Part shown: one piece after another, positions 1 to 9,329 of the stretch
How positions within the stretch are numbered: position 1 is the stretch's first letter
How the letters are laid out: each line of letters begins with the position of its first letter
Source of the DNA: Bacteroidales bacterium
GTDB taxonomy: Bacteria > Bacteroidota > Bacteroidia > Bacteroidales > UBA10428
Direction of reading: 5' to 3'
Assembly (NCBI GenBank): GCA_035258345.1
Contig: DATEVU010000180.1
Coordinates: forward strand, 1,912-65,911
DNA: 64,000 nt
Notes under the pieces: generated by a model
What the model was told of the DNA's origin: nothing
What the model saw: only the letters and a program-made list of their open reading frames with translations
The model's database searches: none
Position numbers and translations under genes: made by a program

Positions 1-1
1 A

Positions 2-598
2 ACAAAGATCCTTACGCTCTGGAAATTTACCTTTGATGGCGGAACGCTGCTGTTTCCGCTCAGCTATATTTTCGGTGATATACTAACCGAGGTTTATGGT
101 TATAAACGTTCCCGGCGTATAATCTGGCTGGGCTTTATTTCAGCCCTCCTGATGTCATTGGTGTTTTATATTGTCCAGGTGCTGCCACCCGCAACCGACT
201 GGCCCAATCAACAGGCTTTTGAACAGATCCTTGGATTTTTGCCCCGCATCGTAATTGCCAGTTTGTTAGCCTATTTTGCAGGTGAATTCACCAATTCGGT
301 AACCCTTTCGCGATTGAAAATTGTTACGGCAGGCAAGCACCTGTGGATGCGTACCATTGGATCAACATTGCTCGGACAGGGAGTAGACACCATTATTTTC
401 TGCCTGGTGGCATTCTATGGTGTTCTCCCTGCCAATGTATTGTGGGCTGTCATTGTTTCAAACTATATCTTTAAGTGTTCCGTTGAAATTTTGTTTACTC
501 CTCTTACCTACGGTATTGTCGGATTTCTTAAAAAGAAGGAAAATCTGGATACCTTCGATCATGGTGTCAGGTATAATCCATTTGATTTATCCCTGTAA
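2..598 (+). CDS. yhhQ: queuosine-precursor transporter, YhhQ/DUF165 family (5' end outside the window)
   Basis: The frame of nt 2 is open from the window edge to TAA 596-598. The translation ...FDGGTLLFPLSYIFGDILTEVYGYKRSRRIIW... is followed by several hydrophobic helices. Track ORF 152..598 is the tail of this frame. It matches the YhhQ family signature as I recall it. Confidence 0.8.
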   Translation, partial: TKILTLWKFTFDGGTLLFPLSYIFGDILTEVYGYKRSRRIIWLGFISALLMSLVFYIVQVLPPATDWPNQQAFEQILGFLPRIVIASLLAYFAGEFTNSVTLSRLKIVTAGKHLWMRTIGSTLLGQGVDTIIFCLVAFYGVLPANVLWAVIVSNYIFKCSVEILFTPLTYGIVGFLKKKENLDTFDHGVRYNPFDLSL

Positions 599-659
599 CG
601 GTTTATCCGGTTTATCTGATAAATAACCTTAACTTAGCACAAATGCATTCACCCATACG

Positions 660-1427
660 ATGCGCCTTGTTGGAATAATACTCCTTTTCCTGTTAACACA
701 CATTGTATCCGGCCAGTCCGGTACGGTTTTAATACTTTCCCCCGAAACGGCTGTTTCCCTGGCTATCCGGAATAATCCAACCGCTCAGCAGGATGACCAG
801 GAAAAAATACTGAAAAGGGATGTCAGGTCAGTCTATTTCAGCTGGTTGTACCAGATCAGCAAATTGAAGGTCATCAGACAACAACTGTTGTTTTACAATG
901 ATATCGACCGGGTTGCCACGCTGCGTTACCAAACCGGGGATATTGAATTGCAGGAAAAAATGGCTGCTGTTTCCCTGTTGACTGAATTGGGATTATCAGA
1001 ATCGATACTGGCCGATGAGATAGAGATGACCAAAAATCGCCTGCGGCAGCTGTTGTATGTTGACCAGGAACTGGTACCGGCTGATACGATGATATACATG
1101 GTCAGGATAATTAAACAGCCCGGTGCCGAACAGGAAGCTGATACTGCCCGCAACGCATATTTGGCCTTTGTACGCGACAAAACCATTGAAAACCTGGTGC
1201 TTGAACTGAACAACCAGTTTAAAATGCTGCAGTATTATCATGTTACCGGACTAGTCCTTGCTGATCAGATCATTGAAACATCATCCGTGAAATTGAAAAA
1301 AGAGGACATTGACTATCCCGAATACATCCGGGAAATTGCCGGTGCATTCCTGGTAAAAACCGGGTATCTCAAAACTCTCGAAAATTATAACCAAACAGCC
1401 ATTCAACTTGAGTTTTATGCCTATTAA
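660..1427 (+). CDS. TolC/CzcC-like outer-membrane efflux protein, abnormally short (255 aa)
   Basis: Signal peptide MRLVGIILLFLLTHIVSGQ. OMF-type N-terminal motif LSPETAVSLAIRNNP and helical motif LRYQTGDIELQE. It sits directly upstream of, and overlaps, an adaptor gene. Its length is about half of what I expect for the family. Confidence 0.55.
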   Translation: MRLVGIILLFLLTHIVSGQSGTVLILSPETAVSLAIRNNPTAQQDDQEKILKRDVRSVYFSWLYQISKLKVIRQQLLFYNDIDRVATLRYQTGDIELQEKMAAVSLLTELGLSESILADEIEMTKNRLRQLLYVDQELVPADTMIYMVRIIKQPGAEQEADTARNAYLAFVRDKTIENLVLELNNQFKMLQYYHVTGLVLADQIIETSSVKLKKEDIDYPEYIREIAGAFLVKTGYLKTLENYNQTAIQLEFYAY

Positions 1428-2553
1428 CAGACTACTTGCCGCGCTCCTGTTACCAACCGTCCTTCTTCCGCTGGCCTGTAAACAGAGCGGAAAACAAGGC
1501 ACCTGGGTTACTGACGACGCAGGCAACCGTATATCCCTTGTTCTTTCCACAAGACAGATAGCCGAAGCCGGGATTACCTTTATGCATGCGGAGAAGCAAT
1601 CATCTGAACGGTATATTGAATGCTCCGGATTCCTCGGCATACCTCCGGGTAATGTCCTTCAGGTTTCCGTACCGGCCGGAGGGATCTTAAAATCCATTAC
1701 GGTTTTACCGGGTAATTATGTTGAAGCAGGTACTGTGATTGCCACACTGGAAAGTATTGGGTACATAAAACTACAGCAGGAATTCCTGGAAACAAAAAGC
1801 CAGTATGAATATTTTCATGAAGAATATGAAAGACAGGGGGAACTGACAATAGAAAATGCATCGTCCGTTAAGAAAATGCAGGTGGCACAACGCGATTATC
1901 TGGCTGCTGAAATAAGGCTCGGTTCGTTGAAGGCGCAACTTGCCTTGCTGGGCATCCGGGCTGACAGTATAGACGTGGATAACCTTTCGGCAGAAATTGA
2001 TATAAAGGCTCCTGTAAACGGAACCATCAGCGAAATATATGCATCACCCGGAATTTTTATGAAGCCGGGTGATGGTCTCTTTGAAATTACCGGAAAAAGC
2101 AACCTCATTATCACGTTAACAGTACCGGAACTGTACTTCCCCTTGTTACACAAAGGACAGCATACTTTATTCTCCTTACCGTATGACAGCCTTTCCGCTT
2201 ATGAAGCCAGAATTTCCCGGATTTCCGGAAAAATTGATCCCGCTTCGCATACATTTTATGCTATTGCCGGTATAACCAAGGTACCAGGAAACCTGGCGCC
2301 GGGGTTATCCGTTAGGGCCAGGATCATGACCGGCGTTGATACACTGACTGTAATTCCCTCGGAAGCTGTCATTCACAACCAGTTTGGGACCCACCTGTAC
2401 ATCAGGAACAACGGAGTATTTACACCGGTGGAAGTGAATATCGTGCAAACCGACGGGGAGAATTCCCTGATTAGCGGATTTCCCCCGGCAGCGGAAAATG
2501 ATTCCGTTGTGATAAAAGGAAGTGCTTTTCTGGATGCACTATTCAGTGAATAA
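1417..2553 (+). CDS. efflux transporter periplasmic adaptor subunit (HlyD/CzcB-like membrane fusion protein)
   Basis: Lipoprotein-like leader LLLPTVLLPLAC. Lipoyl/hairpin-type blocks VPAGGILKSITVLPGNYVEAGTVIATLES and IKAPVNGTISEIYASPGIFMKPGDGLFEI. ATG 1417 is preferred over the TTG at 1408 in the track, and overlaps the upstream stop by 11 nt. Confidence 0.8.
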   Translation: MPINRLLAALLLPTVLLPLACKQSGKQGTWVTDDAGNRISLVLSTRQIAEAGITFMHAEKQSSERYIECSGFLGIPPGNVLQVSVPAGGILKSITVLPGNYVEAGTVIATLESIGYIKLQQEFLETKSQYEYFHEEYERQGELTIENASSVKKMQVAQRDYLAAEIRLGSLKAQLALLGIRADSIDVDNLSAEIDIKAPVNGTISEIYASPGIFMKPGDGLFEITGKSNLIITLTVPELYFPLLHKGQHTLFSLPYDSLSAYEARISRISGKIDPASHTFYAIAGITKVPGNLAPGLSVRARIMTGVDTLTVIPSEAVIHNQFGTHLYIRNNGVFTPVEVNIVQTDGENSLISGFPPAAENDSVVIKGSAFLDALFSE

Positions 2554-2592
2554 AATATTTCACCTAAAATACCTAATTCAAACCAGTTGTTT

Positions 2593-2600
2593 TATATTTG
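2593..2600 (+). promoter_or_regulatory. candidate Bacteroidota -7 promoter element (TATATTTG = TAnnTTTG)
   Basis: Exact TAnnTTTG match 31 nt upstream of ATG 2631. No clear -33 TTTG partner was seen. Confidence 0.3.
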
Positions 2601-2630
2601 CAGCATTAATTAAGTAACAATACAATCATA

Positions 2631-3533
2631 ATGGAAACAACGACCAACACTTACCAGAAACAACCCGAAAAAAAACCATCAGTAGCCTTGCTGGTGCTTG
2701 TAATATTGCTTGGTATTGCCGTAATCGTACTTGGATACAAGTATTTTCAGGAAACCAAACAGCTTGGAGAAACCACCGAAGAAAAAGCCATTCTCGAAGA
2801 TGTTAAAAGCGATCTTGAGAAGCAATTGCGTGATATGATCGTGGAATATGACTCCCTGAAAACCAATAACGACAGTGTTAACGGTTTGCTGTCCGTTGAA
2901 CAGGACAAGATCACGAGATTGCTGAGGATGCAGGCTTCAGATACCGAAAAAATAAGAAAGTATAAAGATGAACTCGAAACATTACGGAAAGTGATGCGCA
3001 GTTATATTGTTCAGATCGATTCACTTAACAGCCGGAACAGGATGCTTACCGAAGAGAATATTCAGGTTAAACAGCAGCTTACTACGGTGGAAACACAAAA
3101 TGTAGCGCTTTCCAGGGAAAAAGAGATGCTTAATACACAAGTTCAGCTTGCTATGGTATTGTCTGCCAAGAATATTGTTGCTGAACCACAGAATAAGTCG
3201 GGAAAACCAAATAGTAAAATATCCAAGGTAGCCAAAATTAAAGTCTGTTTCACAGTTCGTGAAAACACGGTTGCCCAGGCAGGCACCAAGGATATTTACC
3301 TGAGGATTATCAGGCCCGATGAAGTTGTACTTCCGGCCGGCAGCGGAGAAACCTTTGATTTTAATGGTGAACAGGTTATTTTTTCGGCCAGACGCCAGCT
3401 GGAGTTCGAGAACAAAGACATTGACATGTGTATCTTCTGGGATAAAAATGCAGATTTGATAGCCGGAACTTACACGTTGGTGCTGTATTCCGAAGGTTAT
3501 GAAATTGGCTCCGCTACATTTTCACTGAAATAA
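2631..3533 (+). CDS. conserved-hypothetical-type membrane-anchored coiled-coil protein with a C-terminal beta-rich domain
   Basis: 300-aa ORF with one TM helix (VALLVLVILLGIAVIVLGY). About 140 aa are heptad-like and rich in E/K/L/Q. The C-terminal part (KIKVCFTVRENT...GTYTLVLYSEGYEIGSATFSLK) looks beta-sandwich-like. I recognise no family. Confidence 0.65.
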   Translation: METTTNTYQKQPEKKPSVALLVLVILLGIAVIVLGYKYFQETKQLGETTEEKAILEDVKSDLEKQLRDMIVEYDSLKTNNDSVNGLLSVEQDKITRLLRMQASDTEKIRKYKDELETLRKVMRSYIVQIDSLNSRNRMLTEENIQVKQQLTTVETQNVALSREKEMLNTQVQLAMVLSAKNIVAEPQNKSGKPNSKISKVAKIKVCFTVRENTVAQAGTKDIYLRIIRPDEVVLPAGSGETFDFNGEQVIFSARRQLEFENKDIDMCIFWDKNADLIAGTYTLVLYSEGYEIGSATFSLK

Positions 3534-3558
3534 TTCCGGTACCGGAGATCCGGCAGTG

Positions 3559-3605
3559 GAAGACCTCAATGGTTTTGAAAACCGTTGAGGTCTTTTGTTT
3601 TTTTA
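3559..3605 (+). terminator. rho-independent terminator downstream of 2631..3533
   Basis: GAAGACCTCAATGG / CCGTTGAGGTCTT stem with one G-U pair, followed by TTTGTTTTTTT. Confidence 0.7.
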
Positions 3606-3631
3606 TTGCATATGATTATGCCGGCCCCGTC

Positions 3632-4762
3632 CTAATCCCGGATCAGCCTGCTGATTATGAAATCCGAAATCAGCCAGCCTGCCGGTGAAAGGTTGTAATT
3701 GTCTTCGTTCCGGATAACCAATTCCTCGTTAAGAAAGCGTTGAATATTCTCAACAAAATAGTTAACTGATCCTTCGCCAAAATCGTCCTTTATGGTGGCT
3801 GTGTTCACGCCCCACATGGTTCTGAGAGAAACCATCAGATATTCATTAAACCGTGTTCGCTGATCAAGGAATTCGGATTCGAAATAGGACCCGCCATTTT
3901 CCAATGCATCAATATATTTTCGGATCCCGGATACATTCCATTGTCTCGACATCCCGTCATATGAATGTGCAGCAGGACCCACGCCCAGATAATTCTTACG
4001 GGACCAGTAACCGGTATTGTGCCTGGAAACCAACCCTTCTTTGGAGAGATTGGAAATTTCATAATGCACAAATCCATGTTCCCGGGCCAATTCACCCAAT
4101 AACATGAATTGTTCTGAACTCTCCTGGTCGGGGGGTATTTCCAGCAATCCGCGCGAAGCCTTTCTGGCCAGTTCTGTACCCGGTTCCAGGGTAAGGTGAT
4201 AGGCCGACAAATGCTGAATCCCAAGGGAAAAAGCTGTTTCCAGGTTTCTTTTCCAGTCAGGGATCTTCATTCCGGGTAATCCATAAATCAGATCGATGCT
4301 GATATTTGAAAAACCGGCTCTTTTTGCTTCTGCAATGGAGGAAAGTGCTTGAGCGGCATTGTGCCTTCTGTGCAGCAATACAAGGTCATCATCATTAAAC
4401 GATTGTATGCCAATACTTATCCTGTTAATATCAGTTCCCTCTTTAAGCATCCTGAGGTAATCCGGGGTAAGATCGTCGGGATTTGCCTCCATGGTGAATT
4501 CACAGTCTTTGGAAATCCGGTGGTTCTGCCTGATTTTATCGGTAATATGATTGATTTGCCCGGTGCTTAACACCGAAGGTGTTCCTCCACCAAGATAAAC
4601 AGTTTCTACCGTTTCATCGTGCAGGTAACGTTTACGCATATCAAACTCCCTGTCCAGCACTTTGAGAAAATCAGGAATTAACATCAGCAGTGCCGATTTA
4701 TAAAAATCGCAATAATTGCATATCTTCTTACAAAAGGGTACATGTATATAAATGCCCGCCAT
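3632..4762 (-). CDS. hemW: radical SAM heme chaperone HemW (HemN-like, oxygen-independent coproporphyrinogen oxidase family)
   Basis: N-terminus MAGIYIHVPFCKKICNYCDFYKS contains the CxxxCxxC radical-SAM motif. The length of 376 aa is typical of HemW. Confidence 0.9.
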   Translation of the reverse strand: MAGIYIHVPFCKKICNYCDFYKSALLMLIPDFLKVLDREFDMRKRYLHDETVETVYLGGGTPSVLSTGQINHITDKIRQNHRISKDCEFTMEANPDDLTPDYLRMLKEGTDINRISIGIQSFNDDDLVLLHRRHNAAQALSSIAEAKRAGFSNISIDLIYGLPGMKIPDWKRNLETAFSLGIQHLSAYHLTLEPGTELARKASRGLLEIPPDQESSEQFMLLGELAREHGFVHYEISNLSKEGLVSRHNTGYWSRKNYLGVGPAAHSYDGMSRQWNVSGIRKYIDALENGGSYFESEFLDQRTRFNEYLMVSLRTMWGVNTATIKDDFGEGSVNYFVENIQRFLNEELVIRNEDNYNLSPAGWLISDFIISRLIRD

Positions 4763-4787
4763 ACAAAGAATTTAGATAAAATAATTT

Positions 4788-4809
4788 CCGAAATTAACCC
4801 GAAATTAAT
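4788..4809. repeat. tandem 11-mer CCGAAATTAAC/CCGAAATTAAT in the hemW / kinase divergent promoter region
   Basis: Read directly: two adjacent copies differing only in the last base. Confidence 0.6.
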
Positions 4810-4925
4810 CAAGAGTAAAGATAACTCCTGTTCATGAAGAATCTTGGTTTATAAAAATCAATAACTTTAGCAGGGCATAATTGAAAATTCACGGTTTTCA
4901 AGGTATTACCACCATCAGAAAAATA

Positions 4926-7796
4926 ATGAAGAACCCGCAAATCAATATACCTGAGTTTCAGGATCTGAAGGAATGCTGCAGACTTTTTCAAACAAGCCGT
5001 GAGGCGATTTTTGTTCATGATTATGATACGGGCAGGATCGTTGATGTTAATGATGTAATGCTGGAAATGTATGGCTACACGTATGATGAAGCATTGCACA
5101 TTGACCCGGAAAAGGTAAGTGCCGGCAATGCCCCGCACATCATCGAAGAAGCCAATGAGTTGCTGAATAAGGTAAAACAGGCTGGAGAGATAGCTTTCGA
5201 ATGGCACGACGTGAAGAAGAACGGCGAGTTTTTCTGGACGGACAATGTTATGAAAGTAATTAAGCTCAATGGGCAAAAACGGATAATAGTCATTTCATGT
5301 GATGTCTCTGACAGGAAGAAAAAACAACTCCGGCTTCAATCCCTCGTCAGGGAAAGTACCGAGGAAATAAGTGCGCTGAATGAAAGACTTACCCTGGCCA
5401 ATGAAGAACTCAGGATCAACAACGAGGAGCTGCAGGAATATCAAAATCAGCTGGAAGATCTGGTGGCCATCCGTACCCATGAATTGATACAAAGTGAAAA
5501 GTCATTGCGGTATAAAAACAGGCTCCAGCAGTTGTTCACCGGAATATCTACCCGGTTTTTCAGCCTTTCTCCCGAACTTGTTGACCGGAATATCGACAGC
5601 GCCATAAAGGATATCTGCCAGTTTTTTGACGCCGATGCCGGTTTTCTAGTCGAAATTGCACATACCGGGGATCTGTACCGCCTCACCCATCTGTGGAAAA
5701 AAGCAACAATGGAATGGGATGTCAGGTATTTCAAAAATAGTCCGCTTCCTGATCTTTCCCTGTTATACGAAAAATTGAAAAAAGGGGAATCCCTGTTGAT
5801 TACTTCCATTGACGATCTTCCTGATAATCTGGCTGTAAGAACTGCCTTTATTCAATCAGGCTCCGGTTCTGTGGTAATCATACCCATTATATACCAGGAT
5901 ATTCTGGTGGGAATTATCGGAATAATCGCAAAGCAAACCGGAAAAAATCTGAATCCGGATGAAATATCCTTGTTAAAAGCCATGGGCGAAACATTTTTTA
6001 ACGCCCTGAAGCGTAAAAAATTTGAAATAACGCTAATCGAAAGCGAAAGGAACTACCGGGAAATATTCAATGCCACCAATGAGCCCATGTTTATTCACGA
6101 TGCTGTAACCGGGAAAATCCTGGATGTTAACAGGGCAGCCATTCAATTATATGGATTCACCCATGAGGAGGCTTTAACGTGTTCTGCCGATGAATACAGT
6201 GCCAATGATTCTGATTTTAATCAACAGACCGCCCGGGATCAAATCCGGCAGGCAGTTGAAAACGGATCAGTTGTTTTCGAGTGGCTCGCACGACGGAAAA
6301 ACGGAGAACTTTTCTGGGCGGAGATTTCACTTAAAAGCACGGAGATCGGAGGTGAAAAGAGGGTACTTGCCGTTACACGGGATATATCCGAAACCAAAAA
6401 GAACCAGGAATTGCTGAAGCAAAGTGAAGAGCGCTTCCGGTCGATCATTCAGTATCTTACCGATGTTATCTGGATCCTGGATGAAAAATTGAATATTGTG
6501 TTTGAATCCCCTTCCAGCTGGCAGGTATTGGGTTACAAGCCGGGATTTCTGATGGGTAAATCAGGCATTGATTTGATCCATCCGGACGATCTAAGGTTGG
6601 TAAATAAAGAATTGAGGGCTGTATTTGGAAAAAGGAATGATTTTATCCCTGCGGAGTTCAGGGCGAAGCATGCGAACGGCAATTGGATCCTTCTCGAGGC
6701 AATTGCAAATAACATGCTCGATCATCCTGCCATCCAGGGCATAATAATAACCTGCCGTGACATCACTGAACGAAAACAGGTTGAAAAAGCATTGAAAATC
6801 AGTGAAGCCAAATTGCGTAATATTTTCAACAACAGCAGTGACGCCATCGTGATCGTTGGCAACAATTTTTCATTTCTCGAGGTGAATGAGGTTTTCCTGA
6901 AAATAGCCGGCTATTCCCTGGAGGAAACAAAAAAAATGAACCTCACGGATATACTTACCGATGTTCATATACCAGCCTTTGCCGAAAGGCTCAAACGGTT
7001 TTTTCAACACGAAAACCTTCCTGCGATTGAATGTGAAATAATATGCAAATCCCAGCAAGTTCTTCCGGTGGAAATAAACAGCAATCTGATCGAATTTGAA
7101 GGTGAGCAGGCACTGATCTCCGTGATCAGGGATATTACCGAACGGCGGCTTGTGGAAAAGCGGATCCTGGACACCATAATAAATACCGAAGAAAGGGAAA
7201 GAGAAAAATTTGCAAGAAACCTGCACGATGAGCTGGGACCACTGCTTTCCAGTATTAAGATGTACGTTAACTCGCTGTCTTCAAACACGGATGAGCTTAA
7301 GCACGATTTTATCATGTCCCAGCTGAAAATGATCCTGAGTGAAGCCATTCAAAGCACCAAAGAACTTTCAAATGACCTGAGCCCGCATGTTCTCGCAAAT
7401 TACGGGCTTATGGCTGCCCTGGAATGGTTTATTAACCAGATCAATCCGTATATTTCCATATCGCTGGAAACAAATATCAGGGATGAAAGGTATTCAAATT
7501 CATTGGAATCATCCATCTACCGCATCATCAAGGAGCTCATCAACAATACCATAAAGCACGCACAGGCAGATAAAATATCCATAAAACTACATTATATCCT
7601 GAAATCCATTCATTTGATCTATTCAGACAATGGTGTCGGTTTCCCCGATAGCTGGAAAGGAAATCATGAATTCATGGGAATGGGAATGTCCAATATTGTC
7701 AGCAGGTGCCGCTCAATCAACGCCGGCTGCAGGTTTTTTAACCATGCCCCTAAAGGCATATCATTTGAAATGGAAGTTCCGGTCAGCCAATCCTGA
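4926..7796 (+). CDS. cytoplasmic multi-PAS/GAF sensor histidine kinase with NarL-type (HisKA_3) core
   Basis: Repeated PAS blocks, e.g. REAIFVHDYDTGRIVDVNDVMLEMYGYTYDEAL and NEPMFIHDAVTGKILDVNRAAIQLYGFTHEEAL. Also a coiled coil, a GAF-like block, the H-box ARNLHDELGPLLSSIKMY, and ATPase boxes SDNGVGF and GMGMSNI. ATG 4926 is preferred to the TTG at 4881. Confidence 0.85.
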   Translation: MKNPQINIPEFQDLKECCRLFQTSREAIFVHDYDTGRIVDVNDVMLEMYGYTYDEALHIDPEKVSAGNAPHIIEEANELLNKVKQAGEIAFEWHDVKKNGEFFWTDNVMKVIKLNGQKRIIVISCDVSDRKKKQLRLQSLVRESTEEISALNERLTLANEELRINNEELQEYQNQLEDLVAIRTHELIQSEKSLRYKNRLQQLFTGISTRFFSLSPELVDRNIDSAIKDICQFFDADAGFLVEIAHTGDLYRLTHLWKKATMEWDVRYFKNSPLPDLSLLYEKLKKGESLLITSIDDLPDNLAVRTAFIQSGSGSVVIIPIIYQDILVGIIGIIAKQTGKNLNPDEISLLKAMGETFFNALKRKKFEITLIESERNYREIFNATNEPMFIHDAVTGKILDVNRAAIQLYGFTHEEALTCSADEYSANDSDFNQQTARDQIRQAVENGSVVFEWLARRKNGELFWAEISLKSTEIGGEKRVLAVTRDISETKKNQELLKQSEERFRSIIQYLTDVIWILDEKLNIVFESPSSWQVLGYKPGFLMGKSGIDLIHPDDLRLVNKELRAVFGKRNDFIPAEFRAKHANGNWILLEAIANNMLDHPAIQGIIITCRDITERKQVEKALKISEAKLRNIFNNSSDAIVIVGNNFSFLEVNEVFLKIAGYSLEETKKMNLTDILTDVHIPAFAERLKRFFQHENLPAIECEIICKSQQVLPVEINSNLIEFEGEQALISVIRDITERRLVEKRILDTIINTEEREREKFARNLHDELGPLLSSIKMYVNSLSSNTDELKHDFIMSQLKMILSEAIQSTKELSNDLSPHVLANYGLMAALEWFINQINPYISISLETNIRDERYSNSLESSIYRIIKELINNTIKHAQADKISIKLHYILKSIHLIYSDNGVGFPDSWKGNHEFMGMGMSNIVSRCRSINAGCRFFNHAPKGISFEMEVPVSQS

Positions 7797-7818
7797 ACCG
7801 GCTAATAATTTCACCGTC

Positions 7819-8448
7819 ATGCAAAAATGGAATATTCTTATTGTTGATGATCACAGGCTTTTCCGAAGCGGGTTACGATATATTCTGGAAGAATCAAAGC
7901 AATTCACGGTGGTGGCTGAGGCCTCGAACGGTGCAGAATTTCTTCAGCTGATCGGCAAAACCAAACCCCACCTGGTTATTATGGATATCAACATGCCCGT
8001 GATGAACGGAATTGAAGCAACAAAGCAAGCCATTGCCCGGTATCCCGATCTCAAAATACTCGTTCTGTCGATGTATGGGGAATCAGAATATTACAATACG
8101 CTGCTGGAACTCGGAGTCAGAGGATTCGTTCTGAAAGAGGCCGATATTGAAGAGTTTTTTGTGGCGATAAACAAAATTTTGGCCGGGGGTACCTATTTTT
8201 CACAGGAGTTTCTGCTGGATATCATCAGAAAAAAAACGGCAGGCGAGGCTGTTAAAATTACCCGAAGAGAAAGGGAAATCCTGGGGCTTATCAGCCAGGG
8301 TTTTTCGAATCAGGAAATATCAGGCAAATTAAGTATCAGCCAGAGAACGGTGGAACGCCACCGTACCAACCTGCTTGAAAAGACAGGGTCGAGAAATTCA
8401 ATAAGCCTGGTTGTGTATGCCTTGAAAAACAACATAATATCTATATAA
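7819..8448 (+). CDS. NarL/FixJ-family response regulator (receiver + LuxR HTH)
   Basis: MQKWNILIVDDHRLFRSG...LVIMDINMP receiver, and C-terminal REREILGLISQGFSNQEISGKLSISQRTVERHRTNLLEK. The track ORF from 7630 overlaps the kinase and is an artefactual extension. Confidence 0.9.
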   Translation: MQKWNILIVDDHRLFRSGLRYILEESKQFTVVAEASNGAEFLQLIGKTKPHLVIMDINMPVMNGIEATKQAIARYPDLKILVLSMYGESEYYNTLLELGVRGFVLKEADIEEFFVAINKILAGGTYFSQEFLLDIIRKKTAGEAVKITRREREILGLISQGFSNQEISGKLSISQRTVERHRTNLLEKTGSRNSISLVVYALKNNIISI

Positions 8449-8737
8449 TTCACACAATCAAGTCATTCATTAATCGTAGTAAGTATGAATCATTGACGTC
8501 GCTAAATACGTATATTTTTTTACTACATATACTCAATTATAATTGCGTAGTAAAGCGTGAACTTTAAGTAATTATTACCTTTTCATACCCGATAACCTGA
8601 ACTATATTTGTATTGAATTTAAAAGCATACATTGTTCTGGTTCCTTCAGATGTTGTTCGTGGCTTAAAGTAAAACAATTTTGGGAATTCATAACAGCAGG
8701 ACATTTAAGATAGGGTTTGGTTGGATTTAGGTAGGAA

Positions 8738-8776
8738 AGCGGGGAGTTGGTTTTACTGGCTTCCCGCTGTATTTTT
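8738..8776 (+). terminator. orphan terminator-like hairpin inside the 470-bp spacer
   Basis: AGCGGGGAG (8738-8746) pairs with CTTCCCGCT (8760-8768): 8 Watson-Crick pairs plus 1 G-U, with a 13-nt loop. TTTTT follows at 8772-8776. There is no U-run in the opposite orientation. Confidence 0.45.
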
Positions 8777-8918
8777 AGGCCAATTTATAAAACCCCCGGA
8801 AGTTTTCAAGGATTGAAACGGAATAAAGTGTTTTCTATATACCTGGTTTTCTTACATTTCGGGAAAAGTTTTGATCTGAGCAACATCCGGTGTAGAAGTG
8901 TCTTAAAATCGGTCCTGC

Positions 8919-9299
8919 ATGAAAAAATTGAAAATTCTGATTGTTGACGACAACCCCCATTTTGTTAATGCACTCAGGTTTATGTTATTGGATTATTTCG
9001 AGGAAAGGATTGAATCCATTTCAACCGCAATTGACGGTCAGGACTGTTTAAATCAACTCAAAAGCAAGGTCAGCGATTTTATCTTCATGGATATTAACAT
9101 GCCCAATATGAACGGGATTGAGGCCACCCGGCATGCTACCATACTATACCGCAACCTGATCGTTGTAGCTGTTTCCTTTCATTCCGAAATGAAGTATGTT
9201 GTTCAAATGATAGAAGCCGGAGCACGCAGCTACATAATCAAGGATGAGATCAGCCGCGAATCGCTTGAGAAAGCGCTGGCCATTGAATATACTTTCTAA
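8919..9299 (+). CDS. stand-alone CheY-like receiver protein
   Basis: MKKLKILIVDDNPHF...DFIFMDINMPNMNG...VVAVSFH...YIIKD. At 126 aa there is no output domain. Confidence 0.85.
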   Translation: MKKLKILIVDDNPHFVNALRFMLLDYFEERIESISTAIDGQDCLNQLKSKVSDFIFMDINMPNMNGIEATRHATILYRNLIVVAVSFHSEMKYVVQMIEAGARSYIIKDEISRESLEKALAIEYTF

Positions 9300-9329
9300 A
9301 AACCCCTTCCGTTGAAATTATCTCATTGA

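Noticed and set aside
7630-7818. Long N-terminal extension of the response regulator ORF (track 7630..8448)
   Set aside because: The extension overlaps the last 167 nt of the kinase gene in another frame and has no receiver-like sequence. The canonical receiver start MQKWNILIVDDH is at ATG 7819.
8747-8947. 66-aa ORF in the long spacer
   Set aside because: It has a TTG start, runs through the terminator-like hairpin and into the receiver gene's start, and has low-complexity composition with no motif. It is most likely non-coding.
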